32,000 nucleotides of DNA from Candidatus Pelagibacter sp. HTCC7211 (GTDB lineage: Bacteria; Pseudomonadota; Alphaproteobacteria; Pelagibacterales; Pelagibacteraceae). Below, in pieces: positions 1 to 8,847 of the stretch; the first letter of the stretch is position 1, and every line of letters begins with the position of its first letter. Made by a program: the position numbers and the translations under genes. The stretch spans positions 1,424,889 to 1,456,888 of the forward strand of contig NZ_DS995298.1 in the NCBI RefSeq assembly GCF_000155895.1, given 5' to 3'. The notes beneath the pieces were generated by a model. That model saw only the letters and a list, made by a program, of their open reading frames with translations. It did not search any database and was not told the DNA's origin.

Positions 1-1029
1 AACATAATTTAAATTTTGATTTAAATTTTTTAGCTCTTCATAAATATTATAAAGGGCAAACTCATTTAACTCTATGAGTAACAATTTTTTTGGTTTTAAT
101 CTTGTTATTTGACGACATAATTCAGAACCAATTGAGCCTCCTGCACCTGTTACTACCACAACTTTAGAGCTAACATTTTTAGATAACAATTCAATATCTG
201 GTTTAACTTGTTCTCTGTTTAAAAGATCTTCAATAATTAAATCTTTAATATCAGAAACTGATATTTTTCCATCTACAATATCCTGAATACTTGGCAATGT
301 TTTAACCGATATTTTATGTTTATTTAAATCATTAATAATTTCATTTCTCTTTTTTCGACTAATTGATGGAAGTGCAAGTAAAACTAGATCAATATTTTTT
401 GAATTTATTAATTTACTTATATTAATTGGGTCAAAAACTGTTTGACCCAATACTGTTTGGTTGTGAAATTGTTTATTGTCATCTAAAAAACCTACCGCTT
501 TCATTTCAGGATTATTTTCTAAACTAAGTAACAACTGTCTACCGGCATTACCAGCTCCATAAATTAATAATTTTTTTTTATTTTCTATATTTTTTATAGA
601 TGTGTTAATTGGAAACAAAAATTTAATTGCTATTCTTGAACTTGTAATTCCTAGAAATAATAATAATGGTTGAATAATTCCAATAGATCTAGGAATGCCT
701 TGTATTCCAAAAATACTTATAATTGAAAAATAAATTATTCCATATACTAATACGGCAACTGATACAGTAAAAATTATAGATGTTCCTCCAAAACGTAGTA
801 TTGTTCTATATAAACCATGAAGCCAAAAAATTGGTATAGCTATAATTGTGGAAATTAATACTGCAAGAATAGTTATATCATTAATTTTTATAAATTGTTC
901 TAATCTCAAATAAAAAGCTAGCCAAGTACATGAAATACATAAACCTAAATCAATAATAATGGTAATAATCCTCTTAGCAAAACGTGGTAAATTAATTATA
1001 TTTTTTGAAGCTTCTGTTAAAAATGACAT
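1..1029 (-). CDS. CapD/WbpM/PglF-family polysaccharide biosynthesis protein (membrane-anchored NDP-sugar 4,6-dehydratase type), N-terminal 343 codons; the 3' end lies beyond the window start
   Basis: Absent from the ORF track because it has no stop in the window. Hand translation from ATG at 1029..1027 gives MSFLTEASKNIINLPRFAKR... with a hydrophobic N-terminus. The same frame then gives LLIYGAGNAG (570..541) and VVVTGAGGSIGSE (159..121), the two Rossmann glycine motifs typical of this family. Only 4 nt separate it from the upstream gene. Confidence 0.8.
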   Translation of the reverse strand, partial: MSFLTEASKNIINLPRFAKRIITIIIDLGLCISCTWLAFYLRLEQFIKINDITILAVLISTIIAIPIFWLHGLYRTILRFGGTSIIFTVSVAVLVYGIIYFSIISIFGIQGIPRSIGIIQPLLLFLGITSSRIAIKFLFPINTSIKNIENKKKLLIYGAGNAGRQLLLSLENNPEMKAVGFLDDNKQFHNQTVLGQTVFDPINISKLINSKNIDLVLLALPSISRKKRNEIINDLNKHKISVKTLPSIQDIVDGKISVSDIKDLIIEDLLNREQVKPDIELLSKNVSSKVVVVTGAGGSIGSELCRQITRLKPKKLLLIELNEFALYNIYEELKNLNQNLNYV

Positions 1030-1033
1030 AGCG

Positions 1034-1561
1034 TTATAATTTTAAGATTGTTCTCAATATATAGTAAAAATAATAAAATAAATTCATATTCTTTATCATT
1101 TTAGAGTCTGTTTTTGCTAACTGTGTAGGCGTTTGCATATTGACACCTGATATTTGAGCAAGACCAGTAATTCCTGGTTTTACTTTAAATACTCCTCTTT
1201 TTTTTCGTTCAGCAATTAATTTTTCTTGATTTAATAAGCAGGGTCTGGGCCCAACTAAACTCATATCACCTAAAAGCACATTAAATAATTGTGGAATTTC
1301 ATCTAATTTAGTTCTCCTTAGAAAATAACCAAAGGAGGTAAATTTTATATCCCTTATTAAATGTGTCCCAACTGATTTGGTTTTTTTTGGCATTGTTCTA
1401 AATTTTATTAATGTAAAAGATTTAAGATTTCGACCAACTCGTTTCTGTAAAAATATTGGAGAACCATTATCAAATGCACCTATCATCCATAGCAAAATTA
1501 AAAAAGGTGATAAAAAAATTATCCCTGTTAATGAAAAAAAAATATCAAAAATACGGATCAT
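1034..1561 (-). CDS. Small monotopic phosphoglycosyl transferase (bacterial sugar transferase, PglC/WbaP C-terminal-domain type); initiating undecaprenyl-phosphate sugar-phosphate transferase
   Basis: 175 aa. Single N-terminal hydrophobic helix followed by SPIFLQKRVG, FTLIKFRTM and DEIPQLFNVLLGDMSLVGPRP, the hallmark motifs of the family. Confidence 0.9.
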   Translation of the reverse strand: MIRIFDIFFSLTGIIFLSPFLILLWMIGAFDNGSPIFLQKRVGRNLKSFTLIKFRTMPKKTKSVGTHLIRDIKFTSFGYFLRRTKLDEIPQLFNVLLGDMSLVGPRPCLLNQEKLIAERKKRGVFKVKPGITGLAQISGVNMQTPTQLAKTDSKMIKNMNLFYYFYYILRTILKL

Positions 1562-2538
1562 TTACCCTGAATCATTCTTCTTATACCTTCTACAACACTT
1601 AAAGGAGGTGTCCAATTTAATTCCTTTTGAGTATACCTGCTATCTATTTTTAAAGATCCAACTAATCGATTAATTTCTGCTTGTTTACCAAAAATTAAGC
1701 CTAGCAGTTTAAGTAAAAAAAAAGGAATAGGAAAAAATCGAGCTCTATGTCCCATTGAATTTGCAATATATCTTATAAAATCAGGTGTAGATAAATCTTC
1801 TCCATCTGAAACTAAAAAAGTTTTTCCAGCAGCGTTAGGATGATCAACACATGTAATTAATAGATCAACTAAATTATCTATTCCAATCATAGAGCGTTGA
1901 TTTTTAACCATTCTCAATGGAAGGGGGATGCGGAATGCTACAAGTTTTAACAAATTTGCTAAGTTTCCTTTTGCGCCATAACCATACACTAATGGCAAGC
2001 GAAGTATTGAAACTTCTAATCCTGTTCTGGAAGAAATTTCCCACAAAGCATTTTCAGCTTCAAATTTAGATACTGCATAAGAGTCTTGTGGATTTGGTAA
2101 GTCATTATAACTAAATATTTTCTTTCTCTGATGATAAGAAATATCTTTATTATCAATATTATAAGTACACTCTCCATTAACCTTTACTGAACTTAAAAAT
2201 ATAAATCTTTTAACTTCTGCTTTAGACGCTTGTTCAGCAAGTTGTTTGGTGCCTTCGACATTTACTGATTGAAAAATTTTAGATGTATCATTTTTCTTTT
2301 CATTCATTATATGCGCTCTTCCAGCACAATGAATAATGCAATCAACATCAACTAAAATATCTTTCCAGTTTGTTTTAAGACTAATATCTTCTACTAATAC
2401 ATATTCAATATCAGTATTTTTTGAAAATGAATTAATAGTTCTTACTGTGCCACGAATATGTTTGCCTGATTTTGACAATTTCTCGCTTAGAGATTTTCCA
2501 ATAAATCCCGATGTTCCTGTAATTAAAATTTTTTTCAC
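1558..2538 (-). CDS. NAD-dependent NDP-sugar epimerase/reductase (extended SDR, UDP-glucose 4-epimerase-like; possibly a 4-keto reductase partner of the CapD-like enzyme)
   Basis: 326 aa. N-terminal ILITGTSGFIGKSL glycine motif and catalytic YAVSK (YxxxK). A 4-nt overlap links it to the downstream transferase. Confidence 0.8.
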   Translation of the reverse strand: MKKILITGTSGFIGKSLSEKLSKSGKHIRGTVRTINSFSKNTDIEYVLVEDISLKTNWKDILVDVDCIIHCAGRAHIMNEKKNDTSKIFQSVNVEGTKQLAEQASKAEVKRFIFLSSVKVNGECTYNIDNKDISYHQRKKIFSYNDLPNPQDSYAVSKFEAENALWEISSRTGLEVSILRLPLVYGYGAKGNLANLLKLVAFRIPLPLRMVKNQRSMIGIDNLVDLLITCVDHPNAAGKTFLVSDGEDLSTPDFIRYIANSMGHRARFFPIPFFLLKLLGLIFGKQAEINRLVGSLKIDSRYTQKELNWTPPLSVVEGIRRMIQGK

Positions 2539-2543
2539 TAAAA

Positions 2544-3299
2544 TTACCTTTTTAAAAATTGATTAAATCGAGAAATTAACTTATTAATAAAAAAACTTAT
2601 TGGGTTTACTGATAAGCCATTTTTTTTAAATGAATTAAAAACTTCCATATTTTGAGTCCAAATATTTCGTATACTTTTATTTGTGGTACCGCCGATTCGC
2701 ATCTTAATCCAAACTTTAGGTACGTATCTAGACTTAATTTTATGAACTTCAAGAAATCTCATCATAAGCTCGACATCTGAAGCTATATTATAATTGATAT
2801 CAAAATTACCCAAATCTTCATATACGGAACGACGAACAAAAAAAGTTGGGTGCGGCGGGCACCATCCTTTTGAAAATAAACCTTCTTTAAATTCACAGGA
2901 TTTTACATAACGAATAATCTTTGAGGTATCAGATTTTCCAACATATATTAAATCTGCATAACAAGCATCTATTGAAGAGTCTTTCTTAAATTCTTTCACA
3001 ACTTCAGAAATTACATTATTGTTTATATAAAAATCATCAGAATTTAAAAAACCAATAATATCACCTGATGCAATACCAATTCCCTTATTCATAGCATGAT
3101 AAATGCCTCCGTCTTTCTCGCTAATTAATGATGCAAATTGATGACGTTTTGACTCTAAAATTGATAAAGTTCCATCAGTACTAGCTCCATCAATTATGAT
3201 ATGTTCAATATCAGAATATTTTTGTAATTTAACTGAAGCTAAACAATCATTAATAACGGAAAAACTATTAAATGCTACTGTAATGATAGATACTTTCAT
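2544..3299 (-). CDS. Family 2 glycosyltransferase
   Basis: 251 aa. VSIITVAFNS...IIDGASTDGT and FLNSDD (DxD-type) motifs of the GT-A/GT2 fold. Confidence 0.8.
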   Translation of the reverse strand: MKVSIITVAFNSFSVINDCLASVKLQKYSDIEHIIIDGASTDGTLSILESKRHQFASLISEKDGGIYHAMNKGIGIASGDIIGFLNSDDFYINNNVISEVVKEFKKDSSIDACYADLIYVGKSDTSKIIRYVKSCEFKEGLFSKGWCPPHPTFFVRRSVYEDLGNFDINYNIASDVELMMRFLEVHKIKSRYVPKVWIKMRIGGTTNKSIRNIWTQNMEVFNSFKKNGLSVNPISFFINKLISRFNQFLKR

Positions 3300-4745
3300 T
3301 TAAAACTGAAAATATATAAATTGATTTATTGATCTGAAGAAAATCACAACTGTTGAAAAAATAATTGTTATTAAAACAATATCAAGCGAAATAGTTATTA
3401 ATTTTTTTGAATTTAATTTCGGAATAATTTTTTCTTTAAATAAATAAACTAAATAAAAATTTAGTAAGATTAGAAAAGTAATTAAATAAACATTTTCTCG
3501 CATACCAAGCCACAAATATGCAAATGGGTTAATAACTTTTAGCCACATCTCTATACTATCAGATAAAGAATTAGCTCGAAACGGAATCCATGATAACATT
3601 ATTAGTGGAATGGTTATTATAATTCCTAAAAATGATCTTAACCTATGTGAAAGATTTCGTTTAGATGGTTCTATAAATCTATAAATACTTATTAAAATTG
3701 CATGATAAATTCCCCATATTACAAATGTCCAATTTGCACCGTGCCAAAGCCCCATAATTCCCCATGTTATAAACAAAGATTTGTTGCTTCCTGAACTTTT
3801 TAAACTTTTTTTAAATCCACCTACTGATCGATTTTCAACTTTTTTTTTATTTAAAGGTAAATAAAGATAATCACGTATCCAACTTGATAAAGAGATATGC
3901 CATCTTTGCCAAAATTCCTTTGGAGAGCTTGAAATGTAAGGAAAATTGAAATTATTAGGAAATACTATTCCCATCATTCTTGCGCTACCTATTGCTATAT
4001 AAGAATATCCGCTAAAATCAAAGTAAATCTGGAAACCAAACAAAAATGCTAAGGTCCAAACATCTATAGCTGACAAATCAGCAACGTTTATTATAAAGCC
4101 CCTGTCAACAAGAATTGAAATATTATCTGCTAGAACAACCTTTAAAAATAAACCAAATAATATAAATCGCAATCCAATCATAAGGTGATCAAGTGAAAAT
4201 GATGATCGATTAACAAATTGAGGAATTACTTCTTTTGCACGCAATATTGGACCAGCAACTAATTGAGGAAAAAAGGTTACATAACATGCAAATAGAATAA
4301 AATCTTTTTCTGGTTTAATGAAGCCCCTGTAAACATCTACTGTGTAACTTATTGTTTGAAATGTATAAAAACTAATACCCAAAGGAAGAATAATCTTTAG
4401 AGCAATAGGATCTATTTCAGCACCTAAAAGATTAGCAAAACCAAGTGCATTGTTCGCAAAGAAAATTAAATATTTAAAATAAACTAAAAGTCCAAGATTG
4501 GTTGTTAAACTAATCAGTAATAAGGAAAACCTATGTTTTTTTTGACATTTATATATTTTTTGAGCAACCCACCAATCAACAATTACCGAAATTAATAAGA
4601 TTGGAATAAATGAAATTTTCCAAAATCCATAAAATACTAAACTTGAAATAAAAATAAGAATTAGACGAGCCTTGTAAGGTAGCGACCAATACAAAGCGAC
4701 AACTAAAAATAGCAATAATATATAAGTTAATGAATTAAAAATCAT
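3300..4745 (-). CDS. MBOAT-family membrane O-acyltransferase (AlgI/DltB/PatA-like)
   Basis: Polytopic membrane protein of about 480 aa with the conserved MBOAT histidine region FWQRWHISLSSWIRDYLYLP. The track start at 4751 is a TTG. The ATG at 4745 (MIFNSLTY...) is the more likely start. Confidence 0.85.
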   Translation of the reverse strand: MIFNSLTYILLLFLVVALYWSLPYKARLILIFISSLVFYGFWKISFIPILLISVIVDWWVAQKIYKCQKKHRFSLLLISLTTNLGLLVYFKYLIFFANNALGFANLLGAEIDPIALKIILPLGISFYTFQTISYTVDVYRGFIKPEKDFILFACYVTFFPQLVAGPILRAKEVIPQFVNRSSFSLDHLMIGLRFILFGLFLKVVLADNISILVDRGFIINVADLSAIDVWTLAFLFGFQIYFDFSGYSYIAIGSARMMGIVFPNNFNFPYISSSPKEFWQRWHISLSSWIRDYLYLPLNKKKVENRSVGGFKKSLKSSGSNKSLFITWGIMGLWHGANWTFVIWGIYHAILISIYRFIEPSKRNLSHRLRSFLGIIITIPLIMLSWIPFRANSLSDSIEMWLKVINPFAYLWLGMRENVYLITFLILLNFYLVYLFKEKIIPKLNSKKLITISLDIVLITIIFSTVVIFFRSINQFIYFQF

Positions 4746-4755
4746 AACCAAACAA

Positions 4756-5907
4756 TTATTCTATAATTTTTAGAATCTCGACATATAAAGCTTCAGCTAA
4801 CAAACTATGTCCTTCACCTTTAAAGTGCATAAAATCTAATTCTTGTTTTTTTTTTAAATTAGTTGAACCTTTAAATCCCCATAGTTTACTTGGGATAATC
4901 TTTTCTAAAGAAACAAAATTAACATAATATTTATCAGCGATATTTTTAGTTTCTATTTTAAAATTAGAATACTCATTAATATTATAAGGGATCTTCACAT
5001 CATTTCTTAATGGTGGAATATAAACTAATACTTTTATTTTATTTTTGATGGCTAAATTTAGAATATCTTCATACGCTTTTTGATTTTTTATATAAGGTCC
5101 TTTAATCATTCTACGAGTCGAGGTTGCATTAATACCAAATATTGAATTTCTAAGTTGATATAATAATCCAAAAAATTTTCCTCTTAAAACCTCTCTATCT
5201 TTCCATAACGACCAAATTTCACCAAGTTCTTTATTTAAGAAATTTTCCCAATTATTTTGTTTAGTGTTTTTTTCAATTTTTGACTCATTTCCAACTATAT
5301 CTTTTGCATCATTGAGAAAAATTAGATTTTTGCCTGTAAACGTTTTTTTAATACTTTCTAAAGTTTGTTGATCTTCTAAGGCGCTTATAATGTTTGATCT
5401 TAATACATCTTCGCGCATATCATCAAAAACTAAAGGTAATATCAAAGTTTCGATTGGAAATTTTTTTATTAAATGTGCAAAAAGCAAAAAATGCTCTTGT
5501 AAATTTGCATTTGGTTGAGAAAAAGTCAAAGTATATATTCCAAATTTTTTCAGTTTTTTATGTAATTTTAATGGTGAAACTTCATCATCAGGTTGAGGTT
5601 GATTTATTGCGTGCAGTTGAGAATTGCCTAGCCATAAAATTACTGGCATTTTATCATTAGTGTTTTTATAACTATCAATACAACTATCTAAATCGCTTAA
5701 GTCACCACAATGAACTCTTTCACCATCTTCTATCCCCATTGATTTTTTATTATCATCACCTAGAGCTAATTCCTCAAATTTAATATCTTTTTTGCTATTA
5801 TGTGTAACAAAAGTAAGGAAAAAAAAACCAAAAATTAATCCTATTAAAATTGATATTTTACTTTGATATAAATTGTCTTTTTTAATTAATAAAAAAAATT
5901 TATTCAT
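4756..5907 (-). CDS. Membrane-anchored SGNH/DltD/AlgJ-like protein, probable extracytoplasmic partner of the adjacent MBOAT
   Basis: 383 aa. N-terminal TM helix, candidate block I WLGNSQLH and C-terminal block V LDFMHFKGEGHSLLAEAL (DxxH). It sits directly upstream of the MBOAT gene with a 10-nt gap (4746..4755). Confidence 0.5.
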   Translation of the reverse strand: MNKFFLLIKKDNLYQSKISILIGLIFGFFFLTFVTHNSKKDIKFEELALGDDNKKSMGIEDGERVHCGDLSDLDSCIDSYKNTNDKMPVILWLGNSQLHAINQPQPDDEVSPLKLHKKLKKFGIYTLTFSQPNANLQEHFLLFAHLIKKFPIETLILPLVFDDMREDVLRSNIISALEDQQTLESIKKTFTGKNLIFLNDAKDIVGNESKIEKNTKQNNWENFLNKELGEIWSLWKDREVLRGKFFGLLYQLRNSIFGINATSTRRMIKGPYIKNQKAYEDILNLAIKNKIKVLVYIPPLRNDVKIPYNINEYSNFKIETKNIADKYYVNFVSLEKIIPSKLWGFKGSTNLKKKQELDFMHFKGEGHSLLAEALYVEILKIIE

Positions 5908-5921
5908 ATTTTGATACTCTT

Positions 5922-7679
5922 TTAATTATTTCTTTTTATTATCCAGTCTCCTATCACCAAGATATCCATTTTAGTGCGTAAAAAAGTTTCGAGTGCTTCT
6001 TCAGGTTTACAAACAACTGGCTCATTTTCATTAAACGAAGTATTTAAAACCATTGGAACTCCTGTTAGATTTTTAAATTCATTTATTAATGAATAATATC
6101 TTGGGTTATTTTTTTTATCTACAGTTTGTAATCGCCCAGACCCATCTACATGTGTAACTGCAGGAATTATTGATCTTTTATTTTTTTTAATTTGATAAAC
6201 CTGCATCATAAATGGCACATCATCGTTTTGCTCAAACCATTCAGATACTTCTTTACTAAGAATTGAGGGTGCAAAAGGTCTGAAAGACTCTCTTCTTTTT
6301 ATCTTAAGATTTAATATATCTTTCATATCAGATCTGCGAGGGTCGCAGACAATGCTGCGATTTCCTAAAGCTCTTGGTCCCCATTCCATTTTTCCCTGAA
6401 ACCATCCAATTACTTTTCCTTCTGCAATCTCTGAAGCTATATGTTTTGTCAGTTGTGTGATCTCAGAAAAATTTTCTATAAGACAATTTTCTTTTTTTAT
6501 TTTATTTTTTTGTAATTTTAATAAATCGCTAATATAATCGTCTGTAAAAGAGGGTCCCCAGTAAGCATGATCATGTGGTAAAACTCTTTCTTTTGATTTT
6601 TTACCGCCAATTTTATGCCATGTCATCAATGCTGCTCCAATTGCACCACCCGCATCACCTGCTGCAGCTTGAATATAAATTTTCTTAAACGGAGTTTTTA
6701 AAGATACTTTTCCATTTGCAACTGAATTCATTCCACAGCCACCAGAAATCGAGAGATTATCTATTTTATATCTTTTATATAATTTGTTTAATAAATGAAA
6801 GAATGCTTCTTCGTACATTAACTGCACAGAGTGTGCTATATCTTTATGTTTTTGAGTTAATTCTTGATTATTACCTCGAGCTGAACCTAAAAGTTTTTCA
6901 AGATCAGGCGAGAATAAAGTTCCAATATGAGGTGATCCTTTTTCCCATTCATAATCAATTTTTTCACGATGATGTCTAAAATATTTAAGATTTAATTCAA
7001 ATGTGCCATCTGATTTTAATTTTACTATATCTCTTAATTGTTTGATATAAACTGGTTTACCATATGGGGCTAAACCCATGACCTTATATTCATCTCCATA
7101 ATTATGAAATCCAATATACTGCGTTAATGCTTGATAAAAAATACCCAACGAATGAGGAAAATAAACACGATCTGCTAAGTTAATTTTTGTACCCTTTCCA
7201 ATACCAAAAGCAGTACTTGCAAAGTCTCCGAAACCATCTACTGAAACTACTACTGCCTCATTAAAATTAGATGTATGAAAGGCAGACGATAAGTGTGCAG
7301 CATGGTGTTCGACTGCATGAATAGAGCCATTAAATTTTGAATTTGAAAATACTTTTAAAATTTGGTCATTAATATTAAGACGCTTCCGCTTATTTTTAAG
7401 ACGGTCTAAAAGCATTTTCAAATTTGGGCGATTTTTAAATGTAAATATAATTTTTCTTAGAAGGTTAGCTTTTACATCTTGATTTAATGCAATGTGTTCC
7501 ACATTTTCTAAACCAATCCCTGCTTCAGATAAGCACCATTTAATCGCCTCTGATGGAAATCCAGCCCAATGCTTAATTCGTCTAAAACGTTCCTCCTCCG
7601 CTGCTGCAATTAAACGACCATCCTTTAAAATGCAAGCTGAGGAATCTCCATGAAATGCATTGATGCCAATTATGTACAT
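5922..7679 (-). CDS. NodU/CmcH-family carbamoyltransferase
   Basis: 585 aa. N-terminus MYIIGINAFHGDSSACILKDGRLIAAAEEERFRRIKHWAGFP and overall length are characteristic of carbamoyl-phosphate-dependent O-carbamoyltransferases (NodU, CmcH, NovN, TobZ family). Confidence 0.9.
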   Translation of the reverse strand: MYIIGINAFHGDSSACILKDGRLIAAAEEERFRRIKHWAGFPSEAIKWCLSEAGIGLENVEHIALNQDVKANLLRKIIFTFKNRPNLKMLLDRLKNKRKRLNINDQILKVFSNSKFNGSIHAVEHHAAHLSSAFHTSNFNEAVVVSVDGFGDFASTAFGIGKGTKINLADRVYFPHSLGIFYQALTQYIGFHNYGDEYKVMGLAPYGKPVYIKQLRDIVKLKSDGTFELNLKYFRHHREKIDYEWEKGSPHIGTLFSPDLEKLLGSARGNNQELTQKHKDIAHSVQLMYEEAFFHLLNKLYKRYKIDNLSISGGCGMNSVANGKVSLKTPFKKIYIQAAAGDAGGAIGAALMTWHKIGGKKSKERVLPHDHAYWGPSFTDDYISDLLKLQKNKIKKENCLIENFSEITQLTKHIASEIAEGKVIGWFQGKMEWGPRALGNRSIVCDPRRSDMKDILNLKIKRRESFRPFAPSILSKEVSEWFEQNDDVPFMMQVYQIKKNKRSIIPAVTHVDGSGRLQTVDKKNNPRYYSLINEFKNLTGVPMVLNTSFNENEPVVCKPEEALETFLRTKMDILVIGDWIIKRNN

Positions 7680-7701
7680 AAGTTTTCTACCCTCTTAATT
7701 T

Positions 7702-8847
7702 TTATTTATAATTAGATATGTATTTATAAGCTAGTGAATGAAGTTCCCCACATCTCTTTAAATTAAGTTTATTTTCAGCTATTTGTCTTGATTTTTTACC
7801 AAATCTTTGTCTTAGTTTAGATCTATCAATAAGCTTTTTTATACCTTTTGCCAAATTTTTATCATTTCCTACTCTAACAACCAAACCATTATTGCCATTA
7901 TTAATAAATTTTTTAATGTCACCAACATCAGTGGAAACTATTGCCTTCTCCATTGACATAGCTTCCCATACAGATAAGGGTGAAGATTCATTTCTAGAAG
8001 TACAAACATATATATTAATTAGCTTAAGCAAAGGCCTAACATCTTCTCTATAATTCAGAAAAAAAAAATTTTTTATTGACAGTTCTTTTATTAAACTATT
8101 TAATTTCTTAAAATATTCATTTTGACTAGCGTAAATATTACCTATTACAATAAAAACTATTTTATCTGAGTAAAAAGATAGTTTTTTTGCAGCCTTTATA
8201 AACATTTCAAGGTTTTTAACTGGATTTATATTTGAAACTGTACCAATAATAATTTTTTTTTTTTCAATTTTTTTATTTATAAATTTCTCTTTTGGATATT
8301 TCAAATAAGGATTAAAAAAATTTGTATCAACAGGTGACTGAATTATAAAACTTTTACGATTAGGTATTAATTTCTTATAATAATCTTTTGTCTTCTCCGA
8401 AGCAAAAATAAACCCATTTGCTAAATGACTTAAAAAAAAAAATATATTTCTAATTAAAGTAGGAGAATATGTATCATTTAATTCCCAAATAACCTTGATA
8501 GAAGCTAATTTTGCAGCAAAAATTCCTTTACTTTGCCAACAGCCACCACTTACGTGTACAAGGTCAAAGTTATATTTTTTCAATATTTTAGCTAGCATAA
8601 TAACCTCAAATGGAAAAAAAATTATATAAAGTAAAATATCAATCAAATTACGTTTTATTGTAGTTAAAGATAACGATAAATAATTAACACCAAGTAATTT
8701 ACATTGTTTTTTTATAGCTCTTGAATTTTGATTTGGGAAAATTAATGTTACATCAACCTGTCCTCTTAAAACTTTTGCAACTTTTAAATTTCGAATCTGT
8801 GGACCACCTATTCTTGCTTCTTCTATAATGTTAGCAACACGTATCAA
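7702..8847 (-). CDS. Family 4 (GT-B) glycosyltransferase
   Basis: 381 aa. N-terminal IGGPQ-type motif and C-terminal E-x7-E region RNESSPLSVWEAMSMEKAIVSTDVGD. It starts at TTG (8847..8845), which overlaps the TGA of the upstream gene. Confidence 0.75.
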   Translation of the reverse strand: MIRVANIIEEARIGGPQIRNLKVAKVLRGQVDVTLIFPNQNSRAIKKQCKLLGVNYLSLSLTTIKRNLIDILLYIIFFPFEVIMLAKILKKYNFDLVHVSGGCWQSKGIFAAKLASIKVIWELNDTYSPTLIRNIFFFLSHLANGFIFASEKTKDYYKKLIPNRKSFIIQSPVDTNFFNPYLKYPKEKFINKKIEKKKIIIGTVSNINPVKNLEMFIKAAKKLSFYSDKIVFIVIGNIYASQNEYFKKLNSLIKELSIKNFFFLNYREDVRPLLKLINIYVCTSRNESSPLSVWEAMSMEKAIVSTDVGDIKKFINNGNNGLVVRVGNDKNLAKGIKKLIDRSKLRQRFGKKSRQIAENKLNLKRCGELHSLAYKYISNYK

